Below are positions 38,876-49,160 of a stretch of 64,000 nucleotides of DNA, piece after piece. Position 1 is the stretch's first letter. Each line of letters begins with the position of its first letter. The notes under the pieces are model-generated. The model was not told the DNA's origin and ran no database searches. It saw only the letters and a list, made by a program, of their open reading frames with translations. Made by a program: the position numbers and the translations under genes. Source of the DNA: Candidatus Babelota bacterium (lineage in GTDB: Bacteria; Babelota; Babeliae; Babelales; Vermiphilaceae); assembly GCA_049325595.1 (NCBI GenBank), contig JBMOLF010000015.1:64001-128000 (forward strand), given 5' to 3'.

Positions 38876-40036
38876 ATGGCACAATTATTTTATTCATTTA
38901 TTCTTATTTTTTTATGCATTACTTGTCCAATTAATGCTATGTTTACAGTAGCACGACGAATAGTGCCTTTGATAGCTATTAAATCTGCCCAATCATTACA
39001 GAAAAATTCAATTTTTATTCAAAAAAATACCAAAAATTACAAGCCATTATTTAAAACTGTTCAAGCTGAACAAAATATACCAATGACACAAAATCGCTTG
39101 TACAGTTGGTTTAGTTGGACAAAAACTGATGATCGAAGCAAAAAGGCTGAAGAAAATATTAAAAACCTATTAAAAAATTCACGCAATACATTGCTCAAAA
39201 CCAGTGATACTACTTTTGATGAATTCTTAAAAAACGTTGCTACTATTAATTATCAAAGTGATAAATTGGCTTCTCAAGAACTTGTATTTGAAATTATCAA
39301 AGCTACTGGCTACCAATCTAATAGCATTATAGCGCCCTGGTTTTATAACGATAACGATATTGCGCAAGAATTAATAATGGGTGTTGATCGCCAAAAAAGA
39401 TTAGCACAAGTTTTGCTTAATAAAAAAATTAAGCTTGATAGCATCGTAGTAAATAATCAATCATTGTTATTATACGCAATTAGCCAGCTTAATATTGGCT
39501 TTGTTCAGATGATCATGCAAACAGAGTTTAAACACTCAATTGATGTAGCCACTGCAATTTATTATTTAGCGTCTGAATTTGCCAAATTAGAAGATAAAAA
39601 TAATTGGCTGTGTTCTTATAATACCGCTGGCCTCATAACGCGTGATTATCATCGAGCGCGCGCTTATATTATAAAAATGATGGCGCACATTTTACAGCCA
39701 GAGGAATTACCAAAATTTAATTACAACGGGCCTACTTCTGATAACGTTAGAAAAAGTCAAAATAACCAAAAAAATAATACCGAACAAAAAACAGAAAAAA
39801 AGAGATCAACACCATATAGCATAGATGAGTTTTATCAGTTCGCCTTACAGCATGAACGAGTACCAGAATTAATTTTAGGCATAGAAGCATTAGCAAATCA
39901 GCAAGAAATTAAAAATGCCTATAAAGCATTGATAAGCAAATACCATCCCGATAAATACTTGGATGATGAAAGTAGGCGAAAAGCGACAATAATTACTCAA
40001 ATTATTATCAATGCATACAAACATAAATGTTCATAA
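38876..40036 (+). CDS. Secreted protein with a C-terminal DnaJ domain
   Basis: GGAGG RBS before ATG 38876; ILGI...EIKNAYKALISKYHPDK...IINAY. Confidence 0.75.
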   Translation: MAQLFYSFILIFLCITCPINAMFTVARRIVPLIAIKSAQSLQKNSIFIQKNTKNYKPLFKTVQAEQNIPMTQNRLYSWFSWTKTDDRSKKAEENIKNLLKNSRNTLLKTSDTTFDEFLKNVATINYQSDKLASQELVFEIIKATGYQSNSIIAPWFYNDNDIAQELIMGVDRQKRLAQVLLNKKIKLDSIVVNNQSLLLYAISQLNIGFVQMIMQTEFKHSIDVATAIYYLASEFAKLEDKNNWLCSYNTAGLITRDYHRARAYIIKMMAHILQPEELPKFNYNGPTSDNVRKSQNNQKNNTEQKTEKKRSTPYSIDEFYQFALQHERVPELILGIEALANQQEIKNAYKALISKYHPDKYLDDESRRKATIITQIIINAYKHKCS

Positions 40037-40205
40037 TTGTACATACCCCTGAAATTATTTAATAAAGACATAAATCGGCAAATTACATGCTTAACTTAGT
40101 CTTGCAATTAAAATTTTTATAGAGTAGTAAAATGAGTAAAGTGGTTTAATAGCTAAACTCATTGGACATTGCCCAATCAATCTTTAGTGTATATCTAAAA
40201 AAGGA

Positions 40206-40586
40206 GTGAGTATGAAAAGATTATGGATTGTTTTTGTAATTGTTGCCAATTCTTACGCAATGGAAACTGAATTAGAATATACCCCCAATCAGATTCAATT
40301 GATTACTGCGCGTTTAAGATGGTCTGGCAATGAAGATTTATTTAAGCTTACCAAGCAAGAAGAAAATTGTTTTATCAACTCGCGGATAGATAATGAACAA
40401 CTTGCTTATCTAGATAATAATGCAAAATTTATTACTACTTATTTTAAATATAATGGTAAAACAAAAACAGTTACCCACACGCGTGAAGAACTTAAAAAAT
40501 TTCTTACCGATCGCCAATTGCTCGCCGAAGTTGCCAAATGTAAAACCACTAAAAAGAATCTTGGACGGTTGTGTACTATTCAATAA
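40206..40586 (+). CDS. Secreted protein with a C-terminal CaaX box (CTIQ)
   Basis: Signal-AME; ARLRWSGNE; basic residues before CTIQ. Confidence 0.7.
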   Translation: MSMKRLWIVFVIVANSYAMETELEYTPNQIQLITARLRWSGNEDLFKLTKQEENCFINSRIDNEQLAYLDNNAKFITTYFKYNGKTKTVTHTREELKKFLTDRQLLAEVAKCKTTKKNLGRLCTIQ

Positions 40587-40756
40587 TATTTAAATTTATA
40601 AATAGGTTAATATTTTTTCTTAATCTATCAGTTGCATAAGGTATTAATGAGAGGTGGCAGAACATTGTCATTCAGAATCATTTTTCTATCTATTTAAAAA
40701 TAAAAAAACAGCTACAATTACTGTTTGGTTCTGAATAATAAGACAGGAGAAGCTAC

Positions 40757-41374
40757 ATGTCAATTTTATATGTTGGTACCAAATCTGCATCACGACGTAT
40801 GTTATTAGATCAAGCACAAATTCCTTATACGCTTGTGCAACAAGAAGCAGATGAATCAGTATGTAAATTAAGCGATAATTTACAAGAACGAGTTACTGCA
40901 ATTGCATTACAAAAAATGGATCACGTAATTTTGCCAAAAGGTAAAGATAGCGAACAATGTTTTGTTCTTACCGCTGATACGTTGTCGCAAGATAAAACTG
41001 GCGCCATTTCTGGTAAGCCAGAAAATAGACAAGAAGCAATTTCCATGATTAAAGCAGCACGAGATGGTATGTACACGGGTACTGCATTTTGTTTGGATCG
41101 CAAAATATGGAAAGAAAATAGTTGGCATATTGATGAACGTGTCGTTCAATTTGTAGCCGCTGAATATATTTTTAATATTCCTGATGAATGGATTGAGATA
41201 TATTTTGAAAAATCAATTGCACTCAATGCATCAGGTGCCATTGCAATAGAAGATTTTGGTATGCAATTTTTAAAGATAATCAATGGATCTTATTCAGGTT
41301 TAGTTGGTTTGCCTATGTATGAGCTACGCGAGGCACTTGAGGAATTGAATTTCTTTTCGTTTGTAAAAAAATAA
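40757..41374 (+). CDS. maf: Maf family nucleotide pyrophosphatase
   Basis: SASRRMLL, LTADT, GKP, GLVGLP. Confidence 0.85.
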   Translation: MSILYVGTKSASRRMLLDQAQIPYTLVQQEADESVCKLSDNLQERVTAIALQKMDHVILPKGKDSEQCFVLTADTLSQDKTGAISGKPENRQEAISMIKAARDGMYTGTAFCLDRKIWKENSWHIDERVVQFVAAEYIFNIPDEWIEIYFEKSIALNASGAIAIEDFGMQFLKIINGSYSGLVGLPMYELREALEELNFFSFVKK

Positions 41375-41424
41375 TTTTTGCTATAATGATTCACCAAATA
41401 ATTTTAAAAACTTATGGAGAATTC

Positions 41425-41910
41425 ATGAAAAAAATTTTATTTGTGATGTTCATTATGATTAATAGCATTAGTGCGCATGAAGTCCAGCAAGTAAAAGCTT
41501 CGGGAATAACCTATCCTTTATCCTGCCATGCCGTGCAACGTATGAGAGAAAGGGGAATTAATGCAATTAATTTAAGCAATTTGTTAGCGCATGGTAAATC
41601 GTATGAAAATACCGAAAATACCCAATTAGTTGTTAATACTAATAATGGTTATGGTGCAGTAGTTTCCATAAATGATCGGGTAATAATAACAGTAATGATC
41701 AACATATTTGAAGATAGACTGCAACGAAAATTGCAAAAAGTTAAGCATGCAAATCCAACTATATTAAAGCAAAAAGATATAAAATATTTAAAACACAGTG
41801 CGCTGATTCCATCTACTGAAAAAAGCATGAGAAAAAAACTAAAAAAAAGCACGGATTTATTTTTTGATGATGAAAATTATCAAAAAAAGTTAAGAAACAA
41901 AAGAAAATAA
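41425..41910 (+). CDS. Secreted protein with a DUF4258-like motif and a basic tail
   Basis: GGAG RBS before MKKIL; SCHAVQRMRERGI; Lys/Arg-rich C-terminus. Confidence 0.55.
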   Translation: MKKILFVMFIMINSISAHEVQQVKASGITYPLSCHAVQRMRERGINAINLSNLLAHGKSYENTENTQLVVNTNNGYGAVVSINDRVIITVMINIFEDRLQRKLQKVKHANPTILKQKDIKYLKHSALIPSTEKSMRKKLKKSTDLFFDDENYQKKLRNKRK

Positions 41911-41926
41911 CTTAGTAAAAAGTTTA

Positions 41927-43378
41927 TTAATATACATCATTTTTAACTAAGAACGTTGAAAACTGCCAGATATCATCAGTAGCTGGCATTTTTTTATCAA
42001 AAACTAAGAATTGATTAGGTCTATCAACGGGTTTCCAATTAACTGGTCGTGAAATAAATTCTCCCAGATAAGGTTTTGCAATAGTTAATATTTGTGTGTG
42101 ATCGATATCGTCAGGTAAACAAAAACCTTGATTAGGATTAGTAATAGCATAGACAGCAGCGGCAACTATACTAATAGCAACTTGCAAGGTCGTGCTGTTT
42201 TGCCCGGGTATTAATTTTCGTGTTTGTTCGATATCAAGTACACTACCAATCCACCACGAATGGTAGGCATGTCCCATTAATAAACAGCCAATTTCGTCAG
42301 CGCCGCTTGTAATTTCATCATACATAATACGTTTTTTTGGCTGAAGCACAAAATCACGCATGCGAAATTCATACAAAGAACTCAAAGCTGAGTCGTTAAG
42401 ACAATAGGCATAATATACGGTAGGGCGATAAATTGCGCGACCTTGTTCCCACACGGTTAATCGCTCTGAAATGCCGTATGCTTCTCCATGGCGAATAACC
42501 ATGCCAATAATAGGACCAGAAGGTACCCAGGAGCGGACAAGAGTATTCATACCCATTGATGATAATAATATTTGATTTTGTGGGCCATGATTATGAGTGT
42601 GTGCTCCTTTAGGCAACATTTTTTCGTGAGTGCCCCAGCCAAGTTCTGCAGGAGCCATTCCTTCTTCGATAAGACCTTCTATGCTCCAGGTATTTACAAA
42701 TTCATTAACTTGTTTTGGCTTGTTAATAATTTGTGTATCGCGCTCAGAGATATGGATAACTTTGGTTTGAGTGAGCAATGATAATCGAGGAAAATGATTA
42801 TTTGATAATGCTGCTTCTAACTCTATTTTTTTGTCTGCTTTGTCATCTTTTAATAATTGCTGTGCTAAGTCAATTAATGCTTGTTTGGTAAAGTGCGACA
42901 CAAGACCTGGGTTAGCACCATGATCAACAATAGCCGTTGCGCTTGGTTTAGTCCATGTTGAAATCATCTTTTCTATTTTCATATGGCGATAGTACAAAGT
43001 AAGATTCTCAGGTGGTGTATTTTCTACATCTTGATAGGGTTCCCATTCTTCTATAGAACTGTTGATATACAAAACATTATGTTCATAGCACCATTGCAAA
43101 AGTGAAATGGTATCAACGTTCCATGAAAGATCAATAAACAGATCACCAGCTTTTAGATGCTGTGATAATATTTCTTGATAATTGTCTTTAGTAAGTTTGT
43201 TAATAACGTAAGTAATTCCCTGTTCAAGATAATCTTTAAGATAAGATCTATTATCTACAAAATCCATTATCGTAATGTGCTTAGGATCAATGTTAATGTG
43301 CTTAAGTAAAAGAGGTAACGTACAACGAGCCACAGCCCCGAAACCAAGCATAAAAATAGAGCGATCAAATCTTATCAT
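41927..43378 (-). CDS. hss: Homospermidine synthase
   Basis: GFGAV, HGANPGLVSHF, HISERDTQ, EFVNTWSIEG, ELGWGTHE, QNSTTLQV. Confidence 0.92.
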   Translation of the reverse strand: MIRFDRSIFMLGFGAVARCTLPLLLKHINIDPKHITIMDFVDNRSYLKDYLEQGITYVINKLTKDNYQEILSQHLKAGDLFIDLSWNVDTISLLQWCYEHNVLYINSSIEEWEPYQDVENTPPENLTLYYRHMKIEKMISTWTKPSATAIVDHGANPGLVSHFTKQALIDLAQQLLKDDKADKKIELEAALSNNHFPRLSLLTQTKVIHISERDTQIINKPKQVNEFVNTWSIEGLIEEGMAPAELGWGTHEKMLPKGAHTHNHGPQNQILLSSMGMNTLVRSWVPSGPIIGMVIRHGEAYGISERLTVWEQGRAIYRPTVYYAYCLNDSALSSLYEFRMRDFVLQPKKRIMYDEITSGADEIGCLLMGHAYHSWWIGSVLDIEQTRKLIPGQNSTTLQVAISIVAAAVYAITNPNQGFCLPDDIDHTQILTIAKPYLGEFISRPVNWKPVDRPNQFLVFDKKMPATDDIWQFSTFLVKNDVY

Positions 43379-43472
43379 TAGAACCTAACAATAATTAATT
43401 AAGTTATATGTGATAAGATAAAAAGTGGGTTGAGTAAAAAGCAATCAAAAAATATTAAGATATTTTTCAAAT

Positions 43473-43502
43473 AAAAAAGAGGCCGCTTTTAAACGGCCTC
43501 TT
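43473..43502 (-). terminator. Intrinsic terminator
   Basis: aagaggccg...cggcctctt followed by a T-run on the minus strand. Confidence 0.7.
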
Positions 43503-43519
43503 GGTCTAATAATAATTGC

Positions 43520-43990
43520 TTAATGCATTATTTGTTTTTTTGTAGGTTTCCAGCGTTTGAGAAGCTCTTCAAACAATAATTGTTGGGCATTTTGATCAGG
43601 TTTTTGTTCTGCTTTTGTCGTAGCTTTTTCTACACTAAAACGAACCGTTTCTTGGTCGCATGCAGTAGCATCAATATGATCAATAGCGGGCATCAAATTT
43701 TGTTTGATTGCTTTTTTTGCAGTATCTTCATTTAAAGCAACGAGCAAGAGTGATTCCATTAAGGTGAAAAATTCTAAAATGCTGTGGTGCACTTCTTCAA
43801 GCATATCAGACTCGGTGTTTACCTTACTGTATGCTTCAATCTTTTTAATCTCTTCTTTGAGCCCGTTATCAAGTGCTTTGGACACCAGTTTTTTTAGCTT
43901 ATCAGTATCATACTGTGAGAGCCAACGGAGAAGACATAAAAGTTCATACGAAATAGTAAATTGGTTTGCGTTATTATTGTCATTCATCAT
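43520..43990 (-). CDS. Hypothetical cytoplasmic protein
   Basis: 156-aa ORF in an operon-like arrangement after htpX; AGGGA RBS. Confidence 0.65.
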   Translation of the reverse strand: MMNDNNNANQFTISYELLCLLRWLSQYDTDKLKKLVSKALDNGLKEEIKKIEAYSKVNTESDMLEEVHHSILEFFTLMESLLLVALNEDTAKKAIKQNLMPAIDHIDATACDQETVRFSVEKATTKAEQKPDQNAQQLLFEELLKRWKPTKKQIMH

Positions 43991-44041
43991 ACCGTGATTC
44001 CCTTTGGTTGAGGTGTCGGCACTATATTGTTTTGTTAATTA

Positions 44042-44893
44042 TTATCTTTTTTGCGCCATTAAACGTAAACGTTCAATACGTTTGCGTAATGGTGGGTGGG
44101 TTGAAAACCACTCGCTTATTGTGGACATTCTAAATGGATGCACAATAAAAAGAGACGATGTTGTCGCTTCAGTTGTTGTTCCACGTGGAGCAACATGAGT
44201 GTGTAATTTTTCAAGAGCGCTTGCTAATGCCATAGGATCGTGGCAAGCATGAGCTCCAGTTTCATCGGCCATATATTCGCGTGAGCGAGAGATGGCAAGT
44301 TGAAGCAATGAAGCAATAAACGGTGTAATAATAGCAAGCACTAAAAGACTTAATGGATTATTGCGTTGTCTGCCGTCTTGCGATTGGCCGCCCCACATAG
44401 CAGAATATTGGAGCATTTGCGCCAAATAACTAATAGTTGTTGCAATTACTACTGCTATGGTAGAAATTAAGGTATCTCTATTTTTTACATGCGACAATTC
44501 ATGAGCTACTACGCCCCGTAATTCACGATCATCAAGAATTTGCAAAATACTACTTGTAAAGGCAACTGATGCATTGATTGGATTTCTGCCCGTAGCAAAT
44601 GCATTTGCAGATGGATTATCAATAAGCCATAATTTAGGCATAGGAATGTTCATACTTTTTGATAATTCGCTTACCATTTGATAAATTGCAGCATATCGTT
44701 GTTGATCTAATGGGCGAGCATTGTACATGCGTAATACAATTTTGTCTGAGAAAAAGTAGGCATATCCATTCATGAGTAATGAAAAGATAAAGGCAATCAT
44801 TAATCCTTGTGAACCCCCAATTGCTCTACCTACCAATAATAGTAATCCACTAAGCGTACCAAGTAAGATTACCGTTTTAAGATTATTATTCAT
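44042..44893 (-). CDS. htpX: Zinc metalloprotease HtpX
   Basis: NAFATGRNP, AHELSHVKNRD, SRSREYMAD, FSTHPP. Confidence 0.95.
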   Translation of the reverse strand: MNNNLKTVILLGTLSGLLLLVGRAIGGSQGLMIAFIFSLLMNGYAYFFSDKIVLRMYNARPLDQQRYAAIYQMVSELSKSMNIPMPKLWLIDNPSANAFATGRNPINASVAFTSSILQILDDRELRGVVAHELSHVKNRDTLISTIAVVIATTISYLAQMLQYSAMWGGQSQDGRQRNNPLSLLVLAIITPFIASLLQLAISRSREYMADETGAHACHDPMALASALEKLHTHVAPRGTTTEATTSSLFIVHPFRMSTISEWFSTHPPLRKRIERLRLMAQKR

Positions 44894-44902
44894 TTGACCC
44901 CC

Positions 44903-45376
44903 TTATTCATCATATTCAACTTCCCAATTATCAACATCTGACTCAACTGATTGATTTCTATGATTAGGCTTTACTTCTAATAATTCAGTGATTGGTTTTT
45001 CTGGATTATTTTTTTGCTTAATTTTAATTAGTTGTTTTGCCGTTACGCTTGCAGCTTGTTTTGCTAAATGAGCTTCAGCGTCAAGTTCTTTTTGTGATGA
45101 CTCAAAAATTTTATTCATATCTTTTTGCATTTTGCTTATTTGACGCTTTAATCGTAGTATCATTTCTACGCCAGCTAAGTTAATACCCAGTTGATGAGTC
45201 AAATAAACTATTTCTTCCAGACGATCTACATCTTCTTCAGAAAATAAACGGGTGTTCCCAGAAGAGCGTTTAGGATTAATGAGTCCTTCTTTTTCATACA
45301 AACGGATTGTTTGCTGATGGATAGAAAACATTTTTGCTACCGCTGAGATTGAAAAAAAGCCTTTCTTGCGTTTCAT
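44903..45376 (-). CDS. MerR-family regulator, HspR-like
   Basis: SISAVAKMFSIHQQTIRLYEKEGL, LGINLAGVEMIL; upstream of htpX. Confidence 0.8.
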   Translation of the reverse strand: MKRKKGFFSISAVAKMFSIHQQTIRLYEKEGLINPKRSSGNTRLFSEEDVDRLEEIVYLTHQLGINLAGVEMILRLKRQISKMQKDMNKIFESSQKELDAEAHLAKQAASVTAKQLIKIKQKNNPEKPITELLEVKPNHRNQSVESDVDNWEVEYDE

Positions 45377-45627
45377 GCTAATTATTTACCATCACTGGTG
45401 AGCAATATGCTCACGGTTAAAATGTGCTGCATTATTGGTAATCTAGTATATCACATTGACAAAAAAAAGTATTTCACTTTTATACCACAAAAAATGGGTA
45501 AAATGGCTTTTTATAGTGTAAAGTTTTCAAGGAAAAATTCTCACGGGGCCGGGTTGATCAAAATATTTCTATTTGATACACTGCTTTACAAATAAAGCTA
45601 TAATAATCCATTTTTTAGAGGTCTGCT

Positions 45628-46518
45628 ATGTTGCATTTTTATTTATTAATATTAATTGGATTATGTAGTTTTGAGGCACAATCCCAAGAACCGGTCTCGC
45701 CTACCAAAAGAAATCAAAGAGCTATCCATATAAAACGTTCAGAAGCTGCAGCTCGCAAATTGCTATTTCATGGTTTGAAAGCTGAGAGAAAAAGAGAAGT
45801 TGAGCGTTGTAAAATTCCTAAATATCCAAAAGCTAATTTGATTCGGTTAAATGCTATTGCAGATAAATTAAATGATTTATATCAAGAAAATTACCATGCA
45901 TTTAATTCTCTAAAATATTTTGATTATTACATGCATGAAGAAGTGCCTAATTATGGTGAACGTGCATGGGCATATGATCAAAAATTAAAGCACATTGATA
46001 TGCAAGCCAATGCAAAAAAACATTACGAAAAATTATTGAGAAAATATCAGTTGTTAGATAACGGTGGGCATCTTTATCCTGATGTCAAATTTGTATATGA
46101 AAATTGTGTGATAGCTCCCAACAATTTTCCTGATCGTGTAGATGAGTATATTTACGAAGTAAGTTTGCCATCGACGATAATAAAAAAATATGAGGATAAT
46201 CAAAAAGAATTGAGTATTGAAGTTCCAAATATTATTGCTCCTGAGGATATAGAGCAAGAAAAAATAGAACGTGCTCTGGAAAAATTACAAATTTACAAAA
46301 GCAAGCATCCAAACGGATACAAAAAAATACCTGCATTATTTAATCAGGATCACTTTCAAAAGCTTATGGAACCAACAAAAGATAAAAGTCTTGATGAATG
46401 CAAACAAGAATGGGCTTCTTTTTTGGAATCATTACGTAGGGCAAAGTTAGTTACGAAATATTATCGTCCAATCAGCGGATTGAAACATCTTTATTTACAA
46501 TCAATTGGTCGAAAATAA
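45628..46518 (+). CDS. Secreted hypothetical protein
   Basis: GAGG RBS; signal peptide ending AQS. Confidence 0.65.
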   Translation: MLHFYLLILIGLCSFEAQSQEPVSPTKRNQRAIHIKRSEAAARKLLFHGLKAERKREVERCKIPKYPKANLIRLNAIADKLNDLYQENYHAFNSLKYFDYYMHEEVPNYGERAWAYDQKLKHIDMQANAKKHYEKLLRKYQLLDNGGHLYPDVKFVYENCVIAPNNFPDRVDEYIYEVSLPSTIIKKYEDNQKELSIEVPNIIAPEDIEQEKIERALEKLQIYKSKHPNGYKKIPALFNQDHFQKLMEPTKDKSLDECKQEWASFLESLRRAKLVTKYYRPISGLKHLYLQSIGRK

Positions 46519-46625
46519 CAATTTAAAATTTGAAATAATTACAAAGTGAGAGTAAGGTATTTTTAAAGGCAACTTAGTTGTTTTAGTAAAAACAATTGAT
46601 AAAACAAAAAAATCTAAGGGCTTAT

Positions 46626-47348
46626 ATGAAATATCTACTCTCGCTTGTTCTTGTAATTTCACCACTTTCTTCAATCAATGCGATGAATAAAAATAGTTCA
46701 TTTATAAAAATTGAACTTCATCCAGAACAATCACTCTATCCAAAATGCGAAAATATTTATGAACCCTGGGATGAAAATGTATGCGGTTACTGGAGCATGA
46801 ATCGGCGACTTGACGAGTACGACTATAGTGTTGGATATAATGATTCAAAATGCATGCTGAGATTTGTAACCTCTAGACCATACATCAAAAAATGTATTTA
46901 CGGAAAAGATCATCCCTCTATTTGTATGCCTAATCGTCAAAACGCAGATGCAAAAAAAATATTGCGAGAAATTCGTGTAGCAAAATCTATCTCTCCTTCT
47001 CTATTAAAAACTGTTTCGCAAAAGCATTGGCTTTATTTTCGTGAGCAGGTACTATACCAGGTAAAAGATCACTATTATCAAAAAGTTTGCCATGAAAATG
47101 AGCAGTACCACTATGGGTTAACGAACGAAAAAATGCCAGATTATTATCGACCCTGTAAAACCTACTACGAACGAAAAAATTGGTATTATTTTCAAAAGAA
47201 GGTATTAAAAGAATTGCCAATTAAATACGCATTAGGAATAATTAAGCAACATTTTCAATCGCGGCCACTGTCTGCAGGAAACCAAAGCATAGTAACTACG
47301 CAAAGTTCAACGGTAGCTTACGTGCCCCATAATTCAATAGAAGCATAA
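46626..47348 (+). CDS. Secreted hypothetical protein with a short internal repeat
   Basis: Signal ending INA-MN; KHWLYFREQVL and KNWYYFQKKVL repeat. Confidence 0.6.
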   Translation: MKYLLSLVLVISPLSSINAMNKNSSFIKIELHPEQSLYPKCENIYEPWDENVCGYWSMNRRLDEYDYSVGYNDSKCMLRFVTSRPYIKKCIYGKDHPSICMPNRQNADAKKILREIRVAKSISPSLLKTVSQKHWLYFREQVLYQVKDHYYQKVCHENEQYHYGLTNEKMPDYYRPCKTYYERKNWYYFQKKVLKELPIKYALGIIKQHFQSRPLSAGNQSIVTTQSSTVAYVPHNSIEA

Positions 47349-47382
47349 AAAGGAGGCGCTTTTTAACAGCGCCCCAATCTTT

Positions 47383-49044
47383 TTAGTGCAATTGAACAGG
47401 TAATATTCCTTGAGCTTTTTTAGTTCGTTTTAAAATGGCAGCAACTTCTTGTTGTGCTATTGGATCAGCTTCATATGCAATTAATGCTCGTGTTGCCTTA
47501 TCTAAATTATTTAAAAAGTAGGGTGAACCAAAAAGCGCAATAATGGTAGTTGTTTTTTCTTGTAATGCGTTAATGAGTTTTAAGCTATTTTCAGATACCC
47601 CAAATTGTTTGTGTGGATCGCGTGTCATGCCAAATAATGCTACTATTGCAGGTTTTGCAGCATCAATTTTTTCAATAATTGTTTCAATCTCATCAGTGCT
47701 TGGTTTTTTTGAGAGCTTAAACAAATTTTTTGATTCGATAGGTAGCGATTGAATAAATGCATCTTTTGGTGCACTACCAATTTGTATAACTGTTGCATCA
47801 TCTAAGGTGAATTCTTCTTGATTAAAATTATATGCGGTTATAGATTGCTCAAAAACTTTTTGTTTAAGAGTCAAAGCAGTGTCGCTGTTAATAATTTGAT
47901 CATAGTTTTCAAGCGCATGTGTTTGCCAATTGCGTTGTGAAAAAATCCATTCTTTTGCTTTGAGTATGCGCAATACATGAGCGTCAAGTTCTTGCTCTGA
48001 AATAGTTCCGTGGTCAATTGCATGTTCGATGCATGCAACAGCACGAGAAACATCGGTAGGACACAATAAAATATCATTGCCTGCTTGCAAAGCTTTTAAT
48101 TCTAATTCACCTGGTTTGTAATGGTCTGAGACGGCACGCATCATTAATGCATCGGTGATAATTAATCCATTAAATGCCATTTCATTGCGCAGTAAATCAG
48201 TAATCATTTTGGGTGAAAGACTTGAAGTAATGTTTTCATCTAGCGCAGGGATGCGCAAATGGGCTGTCATAATTGATTTGACTTGTTCAGTGATCATTGC
48301 TTTAAATGGTGCAAGCTCTATTTCGTTTAATCGCTCACGTGAGTGATTAATGGTTGGTAATTCATGGTGTGAATCGAGATCAGTGTCACCATGACCCGGA
48401 AAATGTTTTGCACAGGCAATAATACCGGCGTTTTGTAATCCTTCAGTATACGCAATTGCTTTTTCTATAACGGTATTGGGTTGTGAACCAAACGATCGAA
48501 AGCCAATAACCGGATTATTAGGATTATTATTAACATCAACCACCGGTGCAAAATTAATATTTACACCAAGTGCCTGACAATGCTTGCCTGTTTCATAAGC
48601 AACATCATAAATGAGTGTTGGGTTTTGTACGGCACCAAGTGACATTGCGCAGGGGAAACGTAAGCTGCCGTTTTGATTTCTACTTCCGGTACCTGCTTCG
48701 TAATCCTGTGCGATGAATAATGGTACTTTACTTGCATCTTGAAACTTATTCGTGTACGATACTTGCTCCTTAAGTTCGCCTGTTCCTAAAAAAATTACGC
48801 CGCCGATATTATATTTTTGAATCAAATGTTTTACATAGGTTTTATCAACGCCAAGGTTTTTTTGCGTATACCACCATTCATTGCGCGTATCTTCGGGGTT
48901 AGTTACCGCAGTTACGATAAACAATTGACCTATTTTTTCTTGCAGCGACATTTTCTTGAGTGTTTGCTCTGCCCATGATGATTGGCTTGCATCAAGAGCG
49001 TTATTGAGTAGGGTAAACATTAGTATAAAAAATTTTTTATACAT
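47383..49044 (-). CDS. GH3 beta-N-acetylglucosaminidase (NagZ-like), exported
   Basis: EKIGQL, APVVDVNNNP, KHFPGHGDTDLDSH, IITDALMM. Confidence 0.9.
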   Translation of the reverse strand: MYKKFFILMFTLLNNALDASQSSWAEQTLKKMSLQEKIGQLFIVTAVTNPEDTRNEWWYTQKNLGVDKTYVKHLIQKYNIGGVIFLGTGELKEQVSYTNKFQDASKVPLFIAQDYEAGTGSRNQNGSLRFPCAMSLGAVQNPTLIYDVAYETGKHCQALGVNINFAPVVDVNNNPNNPVIGFRSFGSQPNTVIEKAIAYTEGLQNAGIIACAKHFPGHGDTDLDSHHELPTINHSRERLNEIELAPFKAMITEQVKSIMTAHLRIPALDENITSSLSPKMITDLLRNEMAFNGLIITDALMMRAVSDHYKPGELELKALQAGNDILLCPTDVSRAVACIEHAIDHGTISEQELDAHVLRILKAKEWIFSQRNWQTHALENYDQIINSDTALTLKQKVFEQSITAYNFNQEEFTLDDATVIQIGSAPKDAFIQSLPIESKNLFKLSKKPSTDEIETIIEKIDAAKPAIVALFGMTRDPHKQFGVSENSLKLINALQEKTTTIIALFGSPYFLNNLDKATRALIAYEADPIAQQEVAAILKRTKKAQGILPVQLH

Positions 49045-49115
49045 ACTTGGATCCTTTTTTAAAATTGTTTTAATAAGTCATTGCACAGTGTAGCGAACCA
49101 CTAACATAGGTCAAT

Positions 49116-49142
49116 AAAAAAGGCCGGACAAATGTCCGGCCT
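49116..49142 (-). terminator. Intrinsic terminator after the GH1 pair
   Basis: aggccggaca-aa-tgtccggcct followed by a T-run on the minus strand. Confidence 0.75.
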
Positions 49143-49160
49143 CTTAAAAAATTTAGTTAA

